From Acidobacteriota bacterium (lineage in GTDB: Bacteria; Acidobacteriota; Polarisedimenticolia; J045): a stretch of 45,229 bases of DNA. The stretch covers positions 1-45,229 of the forward strand of contig JAXLQU010000031.1 in the NCBI GenBank assembly GCA_046331425.1, written 5' to 3'. The position numbers and the translations under genes were made by a program. Below, one piece after another: positions 36,901 to 45,229 of the stretch. Numbering within the stretch: position 1 is the first letter of the stretch; each line of letters starts with the position of its first letter. The notes below the pieces were generated by a model. That model was not told where the DNA came from. It searched no databases and saw only the letters and a list, made by a program, of their open reading frames with translations.

Positions 36901-39034
36901 TCGGGCCACCCACACAACCGCTGTTCAAGGGAGTGGGTGTCGGGCAGGCGATTCCGTGTCGATCGAATGCTGCGAAGATCGCGGTCATGTGCGGCGTGCC
37001 GTTGTTGAGATTGCCGTCGTCGTCGTCGGCGGCGAGCCAGAGCGGGTAGGCGTTGGTCGCACCGCAACCGTCGGAGGTGCCGCCGCAGGTGCAGGCATGC
37101 CATGAACCGATGCTTCCGCTCCCTTGGAAGAAGATCTTCGAGCCGAGGTTGAACGCATCCTCGCGAGTCATGTTGAACGGCGCGGCTTGCAGGTCGCGCG
37201 CAACAAGATCCCAGGCCGCTTGCCGACTCGGCGCGGCGGCGCAGTGCACTTGCCGGCCACACGGCCCTGGGCCGGTCGAACAATGCGTGCAAGAAAATCC
37301 GAGCGCGGTGGCCGGAGTGTTGGCCACATGCCCGGCCCAGTCAGCATCACGCACGCCGGAGCAATTGGTATCGCAGTAGGACCCAACCTGCGACTCGTTC
37401 TGGTTGAAGCCGGTACCGTCCGCGGTCCGGCCGCAACCCTTGTCGGTAGTCCAGAAAAATCCGTACGCCACACAAGAAGCCCGCAGGCGATAGATCGACG
37501 CGATGTCAGCGTAGGCTTCGCTCGAATTGCTGAGCGCTCCTCCGCTGTCGTTATCGTCGAGTGCGTGCCCCCATTCGTGGTCGAAGATCGCCGCAATTTC
37601 CCCCGTATTGCGACACCCGCCGCCAGAGCGGTAGAAGTTGATCGTACCGTCGGCAGTCGAGTAGAACGCATTACAGGTGTTGAGAATATTCATGTTGGAA
37701 GTGATCTGTCGGCTGAGCCACAGGTTGTTGGGGAGCCAGCCTCGAGCGACCTCGATCAGTTTGTTGAGCTCATAGAAACCGGATCGAGACGCAGCGGTAT
37801 TGCCTGCCGAGGATCGCCCGGAAACACAGTCGTGTTGCCCGTTCGACCCCGAAAGGTCAAGCGCACCTACCGCGCTCGACTCGTTGACGGGTCCACAGTT
37901 GTCGAACATCCGAACGTACTTGCCGTTGAGCGTTGTCGTGACCGTTCCGCCGTTGTAGTCGAACACGCCTCCCGAGTTGGTGAAATCATTCGGCGCAGGG
38001 AGTCCGGTATTGGCGAACGGCATCGGCTCTCCTGACTGCATCAACCCGCAGGTCGCGTTGGTGGGGCAGATCTCGGTGCTTGTCAGCGGGTAGACGCCGC
38101 CCTTGAGTTCCTGCCCGTCGTAGTGATTGGTGTCTTGAAACGAGAGCACGACGCCGCTGTGGGCGTCGACCAGGACCTGCCAGTTCTCCACGCCAGAGTC
38201 GCGCCGGAATCCGAACGCCCATACCAGGTAGTGGCCGTATCCTTTGCCGATCGGCCCGTCGAACGGCTTCCCCGCTTCGAACTGTTGAGGCGCAAACGGC
38301 ACGATCTCGAGCGTAGGCTCCTGCCAGAGTTGATCTGCAGGCGAGCGCCCCCCGACAAATGTGAAGCCGATGTCGACGGCTTGATCGGCCGAGATCGATG
38401 GCAATGTCGGGACGTTCACCTGCCCCCAGGTTTCAGTGCCCAGCAGAACGAGATTGCCGTGGCTGACCGTTGCCGAAAGCTGCGCATATCGAACAGGTAC
38501 GCCGTTCTTTTGTTGTGGAAGTCGGATCTGCCAAAGGTCGGCAGAGATCTCTGACGCTGTCGCCTCACCGAGTTGAGCGACGTCCAGGCCCAGTGCCTCA
38601 TGGTGTGTCGTCACGAAGCGCGTGACGAGTTCACCGACCAGCGAGGCGTCTACTTTCTTCACGGCATGACCAAGACTGAGCTGCAATCCATCCAGCGTGA
38701 TCGTATTTCCCACGCCGTGACCGGGAATCAGCGGGATCGCGGTCATGATGTTGCTCACAGAACCGGACCGTGGATCGAAATATGTCTGCGCTTGTGGACC
38801 GCTCACCGCCATCAGGCGGTCCCATGCGGCCTGCCGAGTCGCCAAGTGAGATTGCATCGCGCTCGCGGGCCGATGACTCGAGTCAAGGGTTAACTCGGGT
38901 CGGAAAAACTGCCGCGAGGCGAGTGGCGTCTTTGTTGCGGGCTCGGGTTCGAGTGCTAGCGCCGGGTTTGGTGCGAGGTCCGCGCAAATGAGGACAGCAA
39001 ACACTGCGATCGACCGGAGATGAAACTGTCTCAT
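33971..39034 (-). CDS. Secreted multidomain zinc metalloprotease (HEWGH; PepSY/propeptide-like N-region, FN3, tandem duplicated ~105-aa domain, proprotein-convertase P-domain-like, MAM-like domain, C-terminal FN3-like 'ACP' module)
   Basis: Signal peptide MRQFHLRSIAVFAVLICADLAPNPALA at Met61 of the track ORF. Zinc site FDHEWGHALDDND. P-domain-like region ...GTWQLEVIDDFGVDSGTIIGFELQLT. Two near-identical domains are both ~...TITLRLDDADLRGAGTQVVSVSS.../...TIQITVTDSDLIGSGTQPVRVTS.... Confidence 0.8.
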   Translation of the reverse strand: MRQFHLRSIAVFAVLICADLAPNPALALEPEPATKTPLASRQFFRPELTLDSSHRPASAMQSHLATRQAAWDRLMAVSGPQAQTYFDPRSGSVSNIMTAIPLIPGHGVGNTITLDGLQLSLGHAVKKVDASLVGELVTRFVTTHHEALGLDVAQLGEATASEISADLWQIRLPQQKNGVPVRYAQLSATVSHGNLVLLGTETWGQVNVPTLPSISADQAVDIGFTFVGGRSPADQLWQEPTLEIVPFAPQQFEAGKPFDGPIGKGYGHYLVWAFGFRRDSGVENWQVLVDAHSGVVLSFQDTNHYDGQELKGGVYPLTSTEICPTNATCGLMQSGEPMPFANTGLPAPNDFTNSGGVFDYNGGTVTTTLNGKYVRMFDNCGPVNESSAVGALDLSGSNGQHDCVSGRSSAGNTAASRSGFYELNKLIEVARGWLPNNLWLSRQITSNMNILNTCNAFYSTADGTINFYRSGGGCRNTGEIAAIFDHEWGHALDDNDSGGALSNSSEAYADIASIYRLRASCVAYGFFWTTDKGCGRTADGTGFNQNESQVGSYCDTNCSGVRDADWAGHVANTPATALGFSCTHCSTGPGPCGRQVHCAAAPSRQAAWDLVARDLQAAPFNMTREDAFNLGSKIFFQGSGSIGSWHACTCGGTSDGCGATNAYPLWLAADDDDGNLNNGTPHMTAIFAAFDRHGIACPTPTPLNSGCVGGPTTAPVVTASSSNNNQIGLTWSAVPGATSYRVMRAEGFAGCDLGKAVIGTVAGTSFTDSDVANERPYHYVVQPIGVSGACMGPGSSCVSASALPCSGAFTSDRSVYNCSDTITLRLDDADLRGAGTQVVSVSSSVETTPEIVTLVESPAGSGRFSGTIATSSAPPIHNGVLNVAHGSIVTMTYVDASSCGTANVTKTRTATIDCTGQACFGALSLDRTLYSCSDTIQITVTDSDLIGSGTQPVRVTSPVETVPEVVILVESPAGSGTYLGSISTTSAPPTPDGRISTTDLSNVTVEYLDASPCGTSAAAVQRSASIDCAAPVISGVGADSITGRTANLKWNTDETSSSQATYGASIPPATNSALNSSLVTAHLTQLTDLPECTRQYYSVRSADRYGQLAVANNAGNYFQFTTGADFSVARLSPDPPIVMPAQSTVANVARAVLDDARKVVDVKVRFNLAHTADGNVTVRLRHPDGSFVNLSSRRGDTGDNFDNTLFDDAAITPISAGVPPYAGSFKPESPLAAFAGKSAQGTWQLEVIDDFGVDSGTIIGFELQLTLTQACGPGCAKDTFQRLSDSCAAGGAGNADGHWDEGETAAIRVALKNTGTDTLTGVYATLIPVTPGVTMIEDTRLYPEIPRNGVADSSAPHFIAHLPLGAACGSTVQFNVEIHTHQGVFTDALSIGPTGEKVPAGRTTDLFEDFAAGIPTTWTVEDKGSGGGAASTWTTSNPGGRAANPPITEPFAIVDSQAAGAGASQEERLITPTLDLSAASSVTVEFDSFFNFGPGGGDERGDVDVRSTLTGGDFVNVFRYNGASSANPDHRVVDITAQAAGASDVVIQFRYTRGANDRWWQVDNVKVSHPFPESCRYRTCDQNSSPGEVLRLRWDTKTALSWTAATGAQSYSLYRGTGADLPKLLTAEADSCTRLTTTATSATSIAEQPAAGSMSWWLVRASNGSGEGPVGQASQGPRLQSSRGACP

Positions 39035-39336
39035 CACGAGGACTCCCTTGCCCGGCGGGCTTCGGTGCAAATTCCACCGCAGACCGAAGAGCAGGCTGAG
39101 ATCCGCTTGATACAGATCAAGCCGACTTTTTGTCGATGAATTTCCACATTTCCATGTCAGAGAGGTCAACCGTACCCCTGGAGCGAGGCGCGCACTCCCC
39201 GCTCCCACCGACACGCATCCCTAGCTCGGGGGCGCAAACCCCTCATCGAGTCGGGGCCGCGGGTCCGAACCCGGGTCTGGCGCACGCAGGCCGCCCGTTT
39301 CGCGAGCCATGCGATCATGCACTCCTGAGGTGACCA

Positions 39337-40629
39337 TTGACCGTCCCCCCCGCGATCCAAAAGCCTGTCCCTGCAGCCTGGGTTCGCTGGGCGGTGCTGC
39401 TGTTCACGAGCCTGGCGCTGTTTGGCAACTACTACATCTACGACTCGATCGCGCCGGTCGCGAGCCTGCTCGCCGACACGCTCGGCTTCCAAGATACGCA
39501 GATCGGAACACTCAACGCGATCTACAGCTTCCCCAACATCGTCATGGTGCTGGTTGGCGGCGTGATCGTCGATCGAATCGGCACGCGAAAGGCGACGCTG
39601 TACTTCACCGCGATTTGCCTGGTGGGCGCCATCCTCACAGCTGCCACGAACTCGTTCGCGGTGATGGCGTTGGGGCGTTTGGTCTTCGGGCTTGGCGCCG
39701 AGTCGATGATCGTGGCCATCACCGCCGCGTTGGGGCAGTGGTTCAAGGGTAAGCAGTTGGCGTTTGCATTTGGCTTGAACGTCAGCTTGGCACGTGCCGG
39801 TTCATACGCCGCCGATCTCTCTCCCACGTGGGCCAAACCGGTCTACGACTCCGGATGGCGGGCCGCACTGTTGCTCGCCGTCGGCTTCGCTGTGCTCTCG
39901 TTGGCTTGCGCTGGGGCGTACTGGTTGCTCGAACGCGACGCCGAACAGCGCTATCGACTCGAGCGGCCGGCGCCGTCGGACAAGATCGTGTGGTCCGACC
40001 TCTACCGCTTCGATCGCTCGTATTGGTACATCGTCGGCTTGTGCGTGACGTTCTACTCGGTGATCCTGCCGTTCCGCAGCACATTCGCGATCAAGTACTT
40101 TCAAGATGCGCACGGGCTCTCGCTCGAGAAGGCAGGCGAGCTCAACAGCTATGTTTTCTTGGCTGCGATCTTTGCAACCCCTCTCTTCGGCTTGATCGTC
40201 GATCGGGTGGGGCGTCGTAGCCTGTTCATGTTGATCGGTTCGCTGATTCTGTTGCCGGCTTTCTTGCTCTTGGCATACAGCCATGCCGATCTGTGGGTCT
40301 CCAACACGCTGCTGGGAATTTCGTTCTCGCTGGTTCCCGCCGTGTTGTGGCCGTGCGTACCCTATCTGGTAGAAGAGCAGCGGCTCGGAACCGCGTACGG
40401 CTTGATGACGATGCTGCAGAACATCGGCCTCACCATCTGCAACTTCGGCGCAGGAGTGCTCAACGACATGGCCAAGGCCGGCGCCGACAATCCACATGGG
40501 TACCTGCCGATGCTGTGGGGGTTCGCGCTGCTGAGCCTGGCAGGGCTCGTGTTTGCGACCTTGCTCCGACTCCGCGAGACTGGTCCCCACGGCCACGGCC
40601 TGGAAACGATCACGGATCATGGATCGTAG
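39337..40629 (+). CDS. MFS transporter
   Basis: 12-TM pattern. MFS motif-A-like GGVIVDRIGTRKA between TM2 and TM3, and a second copy LIVDRVGRRS. Confidence 0.8.
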   Translation: MTVPPAIQKPVPAAWVRWAVLLFTSLALFGNYYIYDSIAPVASLLADTLGFQDTQIGTLNAIYSFPNIVMVLVGGVIVDRIGTRKATLYFTAICLVGAILTAATNSFAVMALGRLVFGLGAESMIVAITAALGQWFKGKQLAFAFGLNVSLARAGSYAADLSPTWAKPVYDSGWRAALLLAVGFAVLSLACAGAYWLLERDAEQRYRLERPAPSDKIVWSDLYRFDRSYWYIVGLCVTFYSVILPFRSTFAIKYFQDAHGLSLEKAGELNSYVFLAAIFATPLFGLIVDRVGRRSLFMLIGSLILLPAFLLLAYSHADLWVSNTLLGISFSLVPAVLWPCVPYLVEEQRLGTAYGLMTMLQNIGLTICNFGAGVLNDMAKAGADNPHGYLPMLWGFALLSLAGLVFATLLRLRETGPHGHGLETITDHGS

Positions 40630-40654
40630 CGGCGTCGGGCCACTGGAGAAGCGC

Positions 40655-40993
40655 ATGAAGCAACGATCGATTCTGTCCCTCGGAGTTCTCGCCGCACTGT
40701 ACGCGTCGAACGTTCAAGCTGGCGAGTTGTACGGCTCGGTAAGCGAAGGGTCGGCCAAGTTGGGGGCGGGAGTTGTTGTCGAGGTTGCGTGCGGCGGCAA
40801 AGCTGCGGTTTCTACACAGACGGACAAAAGCGGCAGTTACCACCTCGACCTGGCCGATACAGGCAAGTGCCAACTGACCGTCAAGCACAAGAGCCAGTCG
40901 GCAGCGATGGAGGTTGTTTCTTACGAGGACGGCGCGCAGGTCGATCTGGTGTTGGAAGTCAAAGACGGCAAGCTGACGGTGAGGCGCAAGTAG
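40655..40993 (+). CDS. Small secreted beta-sandwich (carboxypeptidase-regulatory/transthyretin-like) protein
   Basis: Signal peptide MKQRSILSLGVLAALYASNVQA. The mature ~90 aa carry G.V...G.G..V.V....TDKSGSY.L....G.Y.L.V, which resembles a CarbopepD_reg-like fold. Two Cys. Confidence 0.45.
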   Translation: MKQRSILSLGVLAALYASNVQAGELYGSVSEGSAKLGAGVVVEVACGGKAAVSTQTDKSGSYHLDLADTGKCQLTVKHKSQSAAMEVVSYEDGAQVDLVLEVKDGKLTVRRK

Positions 40994-40994
40994 C

Positions 40995-41882
40995 ATGGCG
41001 GACGAAAAGGGCGATCGTCCGCGCGACACGTGGGACAAACTCGAGATTCTGCTGCATCCGGTGGGCGGGCTCTTCACGGCGTTGGCGGTTGCAGGGGTTG
41101 GATTCTTCGGATCGCAGATGCTCGATCGCCGCCAGGCGGCCGAAACCAACGCACGGTTGTATTCCGAGATCATGAGCCGTCGTGAGGAATCGGAAACCTC
41201 GCTGCGCAAGGACATGCTGGTGTCGGTGGTGCAGTCCTATTTGCAACCGAACGCTACGGAGCTCGGGTCGCGCGTGCTCAATGTCGAGTTGTTGGCCTAC
41301 AACTTCCATGAGTCGATCAATTTGAAGCCCTTGTTTTTGGACTTGGCGCGGCAGATTCGCGAGTCGCGAGATGTCCATGCTGCCGACTGGAGTGCGCGCG
41401 TGCAGCGCTTGGCACGTGAGATCGCATCCAAGCAGACCTTCACGCTGGAGGCGCACGGGGCGAGGTTCACCCGACAGTTCGACTACGGCCCGATGCTCGA
41501 CAGCAACAAGACCGTCGAACTCGAGCCTGAAGAAGTCATGATCGAAGGGGTCGCCAGCACGATTGCTCTGAGGGTATTGAAGGTGGATCCGGTGGAGAGC
41601 CAGTTGCGGGTGCGACTCACCGTTACGACGCCGCGCGCTAACCAAGAACCACTTGTCACGCGCACCGAGTTCTCAGTCGGGTTTTATGACCTTCCGATGA
41701 TCGACAACACGCGACTGGCCACCGGCCAACGCTGCGCCGTGACACTGACCAACTTTTCGCGCAAAGACCGGACGGCGGATCTGTCCGTGGTTTGCTTCCC
41801 GGGTGAGTACGCCAGCCTCAAAGATCGTCCCTACTACGACGAGGTCGTGCGGCAGTTACAGCGCGCGGGGCAGGCGCAATAG
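40995..41882 (+). CDS. Hypothetical single-pass membrane protein (TM near N-terminus), translationally coupled to the upstream small secreted protein
   Basis: ATG is 1 nt after the upstream stop (TAGCATG). TM: LEILLHPVGGLFTALAVAGVGFFG. No motif recognised. Confidence 0.45.
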   Translation: MADEKGDRPRDTWDKLEILLHPVGGLFTALAVAGVGFFGSQMLDRRQAAETNARLYSEIMSRREESETSLRKDMLVSVVQSYLQPNATELGSRVLNVELLAYNFHESINLKPLFLDLARQIRESRDVHAADWSARVQRLAREIASKQTFTLEAHGARFTRQFDYGPMLDSNKTVELEPEEVMIEGVASTIALRVLKVDPVESQLRVRLTVTTPRANQEPLVTRTEFSVGFYDLPMIDNTRLATGQRCAVTLTNFSRKDRTADLSVVCFPGEYASLKDRPYYDEVVRQLQRAGQAQ

Positions 41883-42498
41883 CGAGTTTGCAGAAAGCAC
41901 GATTGCGGTTACGGGCACTTGCCCGCCGCAATCGCGAGGCGATCAAACGCTGCTGCTGCCGGTCCTGACCCACAAGCAGTGATCGGTCTTGCCAGGCATC
42001 CGAATACCTGGCCGGCCGGCGACTCAGCGGCCATGCAGGCGCCGATCAACGGACCGTTGCGATCGATCGAGCCGACTTCGCAAACAGCGCCGCCCACGAA
42101 CTCGGCGAGATTTGCGCTGAGCGCGGTGTCGTCGCGAAGGTTGACGGCGATCGCGGCATCACAAGCTCTCGTGCCGGCGCCAACGAAAGGTTGAAAGAGG
42201 ATTCTCCAGCCTCGTGTCACAGAACGCTCTGCTCTCGTTTTCGTTGACGCACAAACGCACTTGATCACTGGCATCCCTGACGGCCGGCGGCACAGTCGCT
42301 GTTCGAGACAGTCCAAAAGCATGCGCGGAGCCGCACCTCCCGACGGTTGCTTTGCCCGGATCGTGATCGTTTTTCAGATTTCTCGTTGCGTTGATCGATC
42401 TTCGAGAGTGCGATCCGATTGGCTCGTCTTCGCGTAGACTTCCCGCGCCGTGATTGCCGGCCGTGGTGGGCAACCGGCGCGCGGAAGGGTGAATCTCG

Positions 42499-44721
42499 GT
42501 GCGTAAGCTCGGTCGCGACCCATTCCTGTGGCTCGCCGTGTTGCTCATCGCGACACCGTTGGTGCTTTACAGTGCGTCGGCGGTCGCTGACTCCAGTGCA
42601 ACGCTCTGGGCCGGCCATCTGGCTGATCCTTCGTTTTTGATACTGACCGTCGTCACCCTGTGGATGAGCCGCAGAGATACCGCCTCCACCGAAGAACGTG
42701 TGTTCTGGAGGCTGGTGCTTTGGACGTGCGGGCTGTGGCTGGTCGGGAGCCTTGGCTGCTTCATCCTGGCCTTCACCGTACCGGAGTTCGACTCCACAAC
42801 ACTCACCGACCTGATCTTCCTCTCGAGTTACGTCACTCTGATCCTGGCTGCCGACATGCGCCCTCATCTTCCAGCGGGGTGGTCGAAGCGCTCATCCGGT
42901 TTCAGGTTCTCGGTCGCGGCTTCGATGTTGTTCGTCTCGATGCTGGCCCTTTACTTCTTCGCGTTGCCCTACTTGCGCGTCAGTGGGGCGGTTGGCGAAC
43001 TTTCGACACAGTCGACGTTTCTCGCCCTGGATACGCTGCTGACGATACGGTTCGTGCATCTCGCTGGTACCGCTCGCCGGACGCCATGGCGGCCCATTTA
43101 TGTCTTCCTGGCAATCTCCTGCGCTGCCGCCGCTGTCGGGGATGGGCTGACGGTCGCGACCATCACGGGATCGGTGAGCCTGAACTATGGAACGGCGCTG
43201 GATGCGATCTGGTGGCTGCCGTTCGTTTCGATCGTCGTGGCGCGGCGCTGGCGCACGACGCAGGTCGACGAAGCCGCGATTGCTCAGGCCGCCATCGATG
43301 ACGAGCCGCGCACCGATGCGATCGCGTTGATCCTGCTCTACGCCTTCTCGTTTACTGCGGCTCACTTGCTGCTGGAAACGGGAGGGATCATGCCTGCCAA
43401 CACGCATGGCCTCCGCCAGGTCCTGGTCCTCAGTTCCTTGCTTGCCTTTGCAGTCTTGGCGTGGATGCAACAGCTCGTACTCGAACGGAACAACCGGGAG
43501 TTGCGATCGCAGATTCGCGTGCTGGTCACCAATGAGCAGGTGGTGCAATCGCAGAAACTCGAGGCGATCGGTCGGCTGGCTGGCGGGCTGGCGCACGACT
43601 TCAACAACCTGCTTACGGTCGTCTCTGCGCGCGCCGACATGCTGCTTGGCACATTGCCACAGGGAGACCCCGACTGGAAGAACGCAGAGGCGATTCTTCA
43701 GTCGTCGGAACGCGGTGCCGAACTCACCAAGAAGTTGCTTTCATTCAGCCGTAGTCAGGTACTGAAGACTCGCTCACTGGACCTGAACGTTCTGGTGACC
43801 GATGCGCAAACCGTATTGATGCGTTTGGCGGGTGAACGCTTCACACTCGAAACGGAGCTCGAGCCGGGACTCCCACCGATCGAGTCCGAGTCGAGCCAAG
43901 TGTTTCAAGTGCTGCTGAATCTCGTGGCGAATGCTCGCGACGCGATGCCGTCTGGTGGGCGAATCGTCATCCGTACCTGCCGGCTCGAGCTGGCCGCCAA
44001 TGAAGCTGAGTTCACGCCGCCGCCGGCCGGCGGCAGTTTCGCGGCACTCGAGGTGATCGACACCGGTGAGGGGATCGACACCGCCACGCAGCGACGGCTC
44101 TTCGAACCGTTTTTCTCGAGCAAATTCGGCGGGACCGGCTTGGGCCTTGCCATTGTGTACGGCATCGTGGTGCAAGGCGGCGGTCACATCCGCGTGCGCA
44201 GCGACGTCGGCCGCGGCAGTCGCTTCACGACGTTGTTTCCATTCTCGGGCCAGCCGGTGGCCGGAGTTGACGCCGTGGTCCCCACGTCGAACGGCCAGAG
44301 TCGGGGCAAGCGCCGCGTGTTGTTGGTCGACGATCAAGAAATGGTGCGTCACGCGGTGAGCGAACTTCTCCGTTTCTTGGGGTACGAGGTGACGACGGCG
44401 AGCGGCGGCATCGAGGCATTGGCCATCTGCAGCGATCCGACCAACCCGTTCGATCTGCTGCTTACCGATGTGGTCATGCCCGGCATGCGTGGACCGGAGC
44501 TTGCCGCCAAGCTGCGAGCGATGCATCACAGGATTGCCGTGATCTACATGTCGGGATTTGCCGAGAATGACGGCGACGAAGAGCTCAACGACGACGCAAC
44601 AACGTACTTCATCGGGAAGCCGTTTACGTTGGAAACCTTGCGCGTCAAACTGAACGAAGCGCTCGGCCCTGCACCCAGCGCAGAGCCGATGCGCGGTGAC
44701 TCGCAGTCGGTCACCTCGTAG
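42499..44721 (+). CDS. Hybrid sensor histidine kinase / response regulator with multi-TM N-terminal sensor region
   Basis: About 8 TM helices. HisKA H-box LAGGLAHDFNNLLTVV. HATPase_c N/G1/G2 boxes (LLNLVANARDA, IDTGEGID, GGTGLGLAIV). C-terminal receiver (RVLLVDDQEMV...DLLLTDVVMPGM...K). GTG start. Confidence 0.85.
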   Translation: MRKLGRDPFLWLAVLLIATPLVLYSASAVADSSATLWAGHLADPSFLILTVVTLWMSRRDTASTEERVFWRLVLWTCGLWLVGSLGCFILAFTVPEFDSTTLTDLIFLSSYVTLILAADMRPHLPAGWSKRSSGFRFSVAASMLFVSMLALYFFALPYLRVSGAVGELSTQSTFLALDTLLTIRFVHLAGTARRTPWRPIYVFLAISCAAAAVGDGLTVATITGSVSLNYGTALDAIWWLPFVSIVVARRWRTTQVDEAAIAQAAIDDEPRTDAIALILLYAFSFTAAHLLLETGGIMPANTHGLRQVLVLSSLLAFAVLAWMQQLVLERNNRELRSQIRVLVTNEQVVQSQKLEAIGRLAGGLAHDFNNLLTVVSARADMLLGTLPQGDPDWKNAEAILQSSERGAELTKKLLSFSRSQVLKTRSLDLNVLVTDAQTVLMRLAGERFTLETELEPGLPPIESESSQVFQVLLNLVANARDAMPSGGRIVIRTCRLELAANEAEFTPPPAGGSFAALEVIDTGEGIDTATQRRLFEPFFSSKFGGTGLGLAIVYGIVVQGGGHIRVRSDVGRGSRFTTLFPFSGQPVAGVDAVVPTSNGQSRGKRRVLLVDDQEMVRHAVSELLRFLGYEVTTASGGIEALAICSDPTNPFDLLLTDVVMPGMRGPELAAKLRAMHHRIAVIYMSGFAENDGDEELNDDATTYFIGKPFTLETLRVKLNEALGPAPSAEPMRGDSQSVTS

Positions 44722-44854
44722 CCATTTGCCCGCAGTCGACGCCGAGCCCGAGCGAGCGCGCCGCCTGATGCCGAATAGAAAGAGCTTGGCTCTGCTCCCG
44801 ATCGGCCAATCGGGAGTAATCTCTCTGCCACTTACGAGGTGCGTCATGCGATCA

Positions 44855-45229
44855 CGAGTCGGCCATTACCTTGGGCGCGTTGCTATCACTTGCTTATTCG
44901 CTTCGACTTGGACGGCGCTGGCCGGCTCGCGCGAGAAACTCGAAGGTTACGCAGACTTCCGGATCGGCAAAACGCTGGTGGTCGATGGCCAGCAAGTCCG
45001 GATCGACGGCGACACCAAGTTCAAGGGGAGCGGCAAGGCCAAGTCGTTCGGGTCGATCCCGCTGGGATACGAGGTGGAGGTCAACGGCACGCGCATGGGC
45101 GACGGCTCGGTGTTGGCCCGGGAAATCGAAGCGCAGCCGAATCGCAACACCGACATCGAAGGCCAGATGAAGCAAGCGTTCGATCAAATCGAGAAGCAGT
45201 ACTTGAGCCTCGGGCGCATGAAGCAGGTC
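44855..45229 (+). CDS. Secreted DUF5666-like protein, 3' partial (runs off window)
   Basis: Not in the ORF track because it has no stop. Translating from ATG ~44855 gives MRSRVGHYLGRVAITCLFASTWTALAG... (signal peptide), then TLVVDGQQVRIDGDTKFKGSGKAKSFGSIPLGYEVEVNGTRMGDGSVLAREIE, with no stop to 45229. GAGGTG RBS. The track ORF 44871..45170 in another frame is Arg-rich and rejected. Confidence 0.5.

Noticed and set aside
44871-45170. Listed ORF MGALLSLAYSLRLGRRWPARARNSK...
   Set aside because: The Arg-rich product has no features. The other frame encodes a signal-peptide protein with DUF5666-like repeats and an RBS.
1-45229. tRNA, rRNA, integrase, transposase, phage genes
   Set aside because: No cloverleaf-like or rRNA-like segments were recognised by eye. 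No protein showed integrase/transposase motifs (DDE, R-H-R-Y) or phage structural motifs. tRNAs cannot be strictly excluded without tRNAscan.

Overview
This is a high-GC (about 65-70%) bacterial chromosomal window. Arg/Ala-rich proteins and six Myxococcus-type cysteine-rich CNGxDDDCDGxVDE repeats suggest a myxobacterium-like (Myxococcota or related) organism. I recognised no rRNA, tRNA, CRISPR array or IS/transposase. From 5' to 3' the window contains:
- a 5'-partial HDOD gene;
- a 1240-aa secreted beta-helix protein with C-terminal Cys/Asp-rich repeats;
- a small accessory island (about 4.9-8.8 kb) holding two head-to-head truncated gene remnants (alpha/beta-hydrolase C-terminus and a sigma54-activator fragment), a Fic-domain protein, and a Phd-type antitoxin with a frameshifted VapC PIN toxin behind an 18-bp perfect palindrome;
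- an ATP-grasp enzyme;
- an Oar-like TonB-dependent receptor;
- a flotillin/SPFH protein;
- a gluconolactonase-family lipoprotein;
- a GlcG(DUF336)-cupin fusion;
- a compact DUF692-DUF2063-DUF2282 cluster (bufferin/MbnBC-like RiPP system with a 7-Cys precursor peptide), which is the most interesting locus here;
- a membrane-anchored MutS domain-V-only ATPase;
- a Pgl-like gene translationally coupled to an ECF sigma factor, a short ZAS anti-sigma, then an MprF(LpiA)-AcvB/VirJ operon;
- HtrA;
- a tightly overlapping five-gene lipid operon (PurM-like, M19 dipeptidase, CDP-alcohol phosphatidyltransferase, CdsA, PlsC);
- a 1687-aa multidomain zinc metalloprotease that shares a C-terminal 'ACP'-ending module with the beta-helix protein;
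- an MFS transporter, a small secreted protein plus membrane protein pair, a hybrid sensor kinase, and a 3'-partial DUF5666 gene.
Coordinates for alternative starts are arithmetic from the ORF track. Functional calls come from motif recognition by eye. No database search was run.
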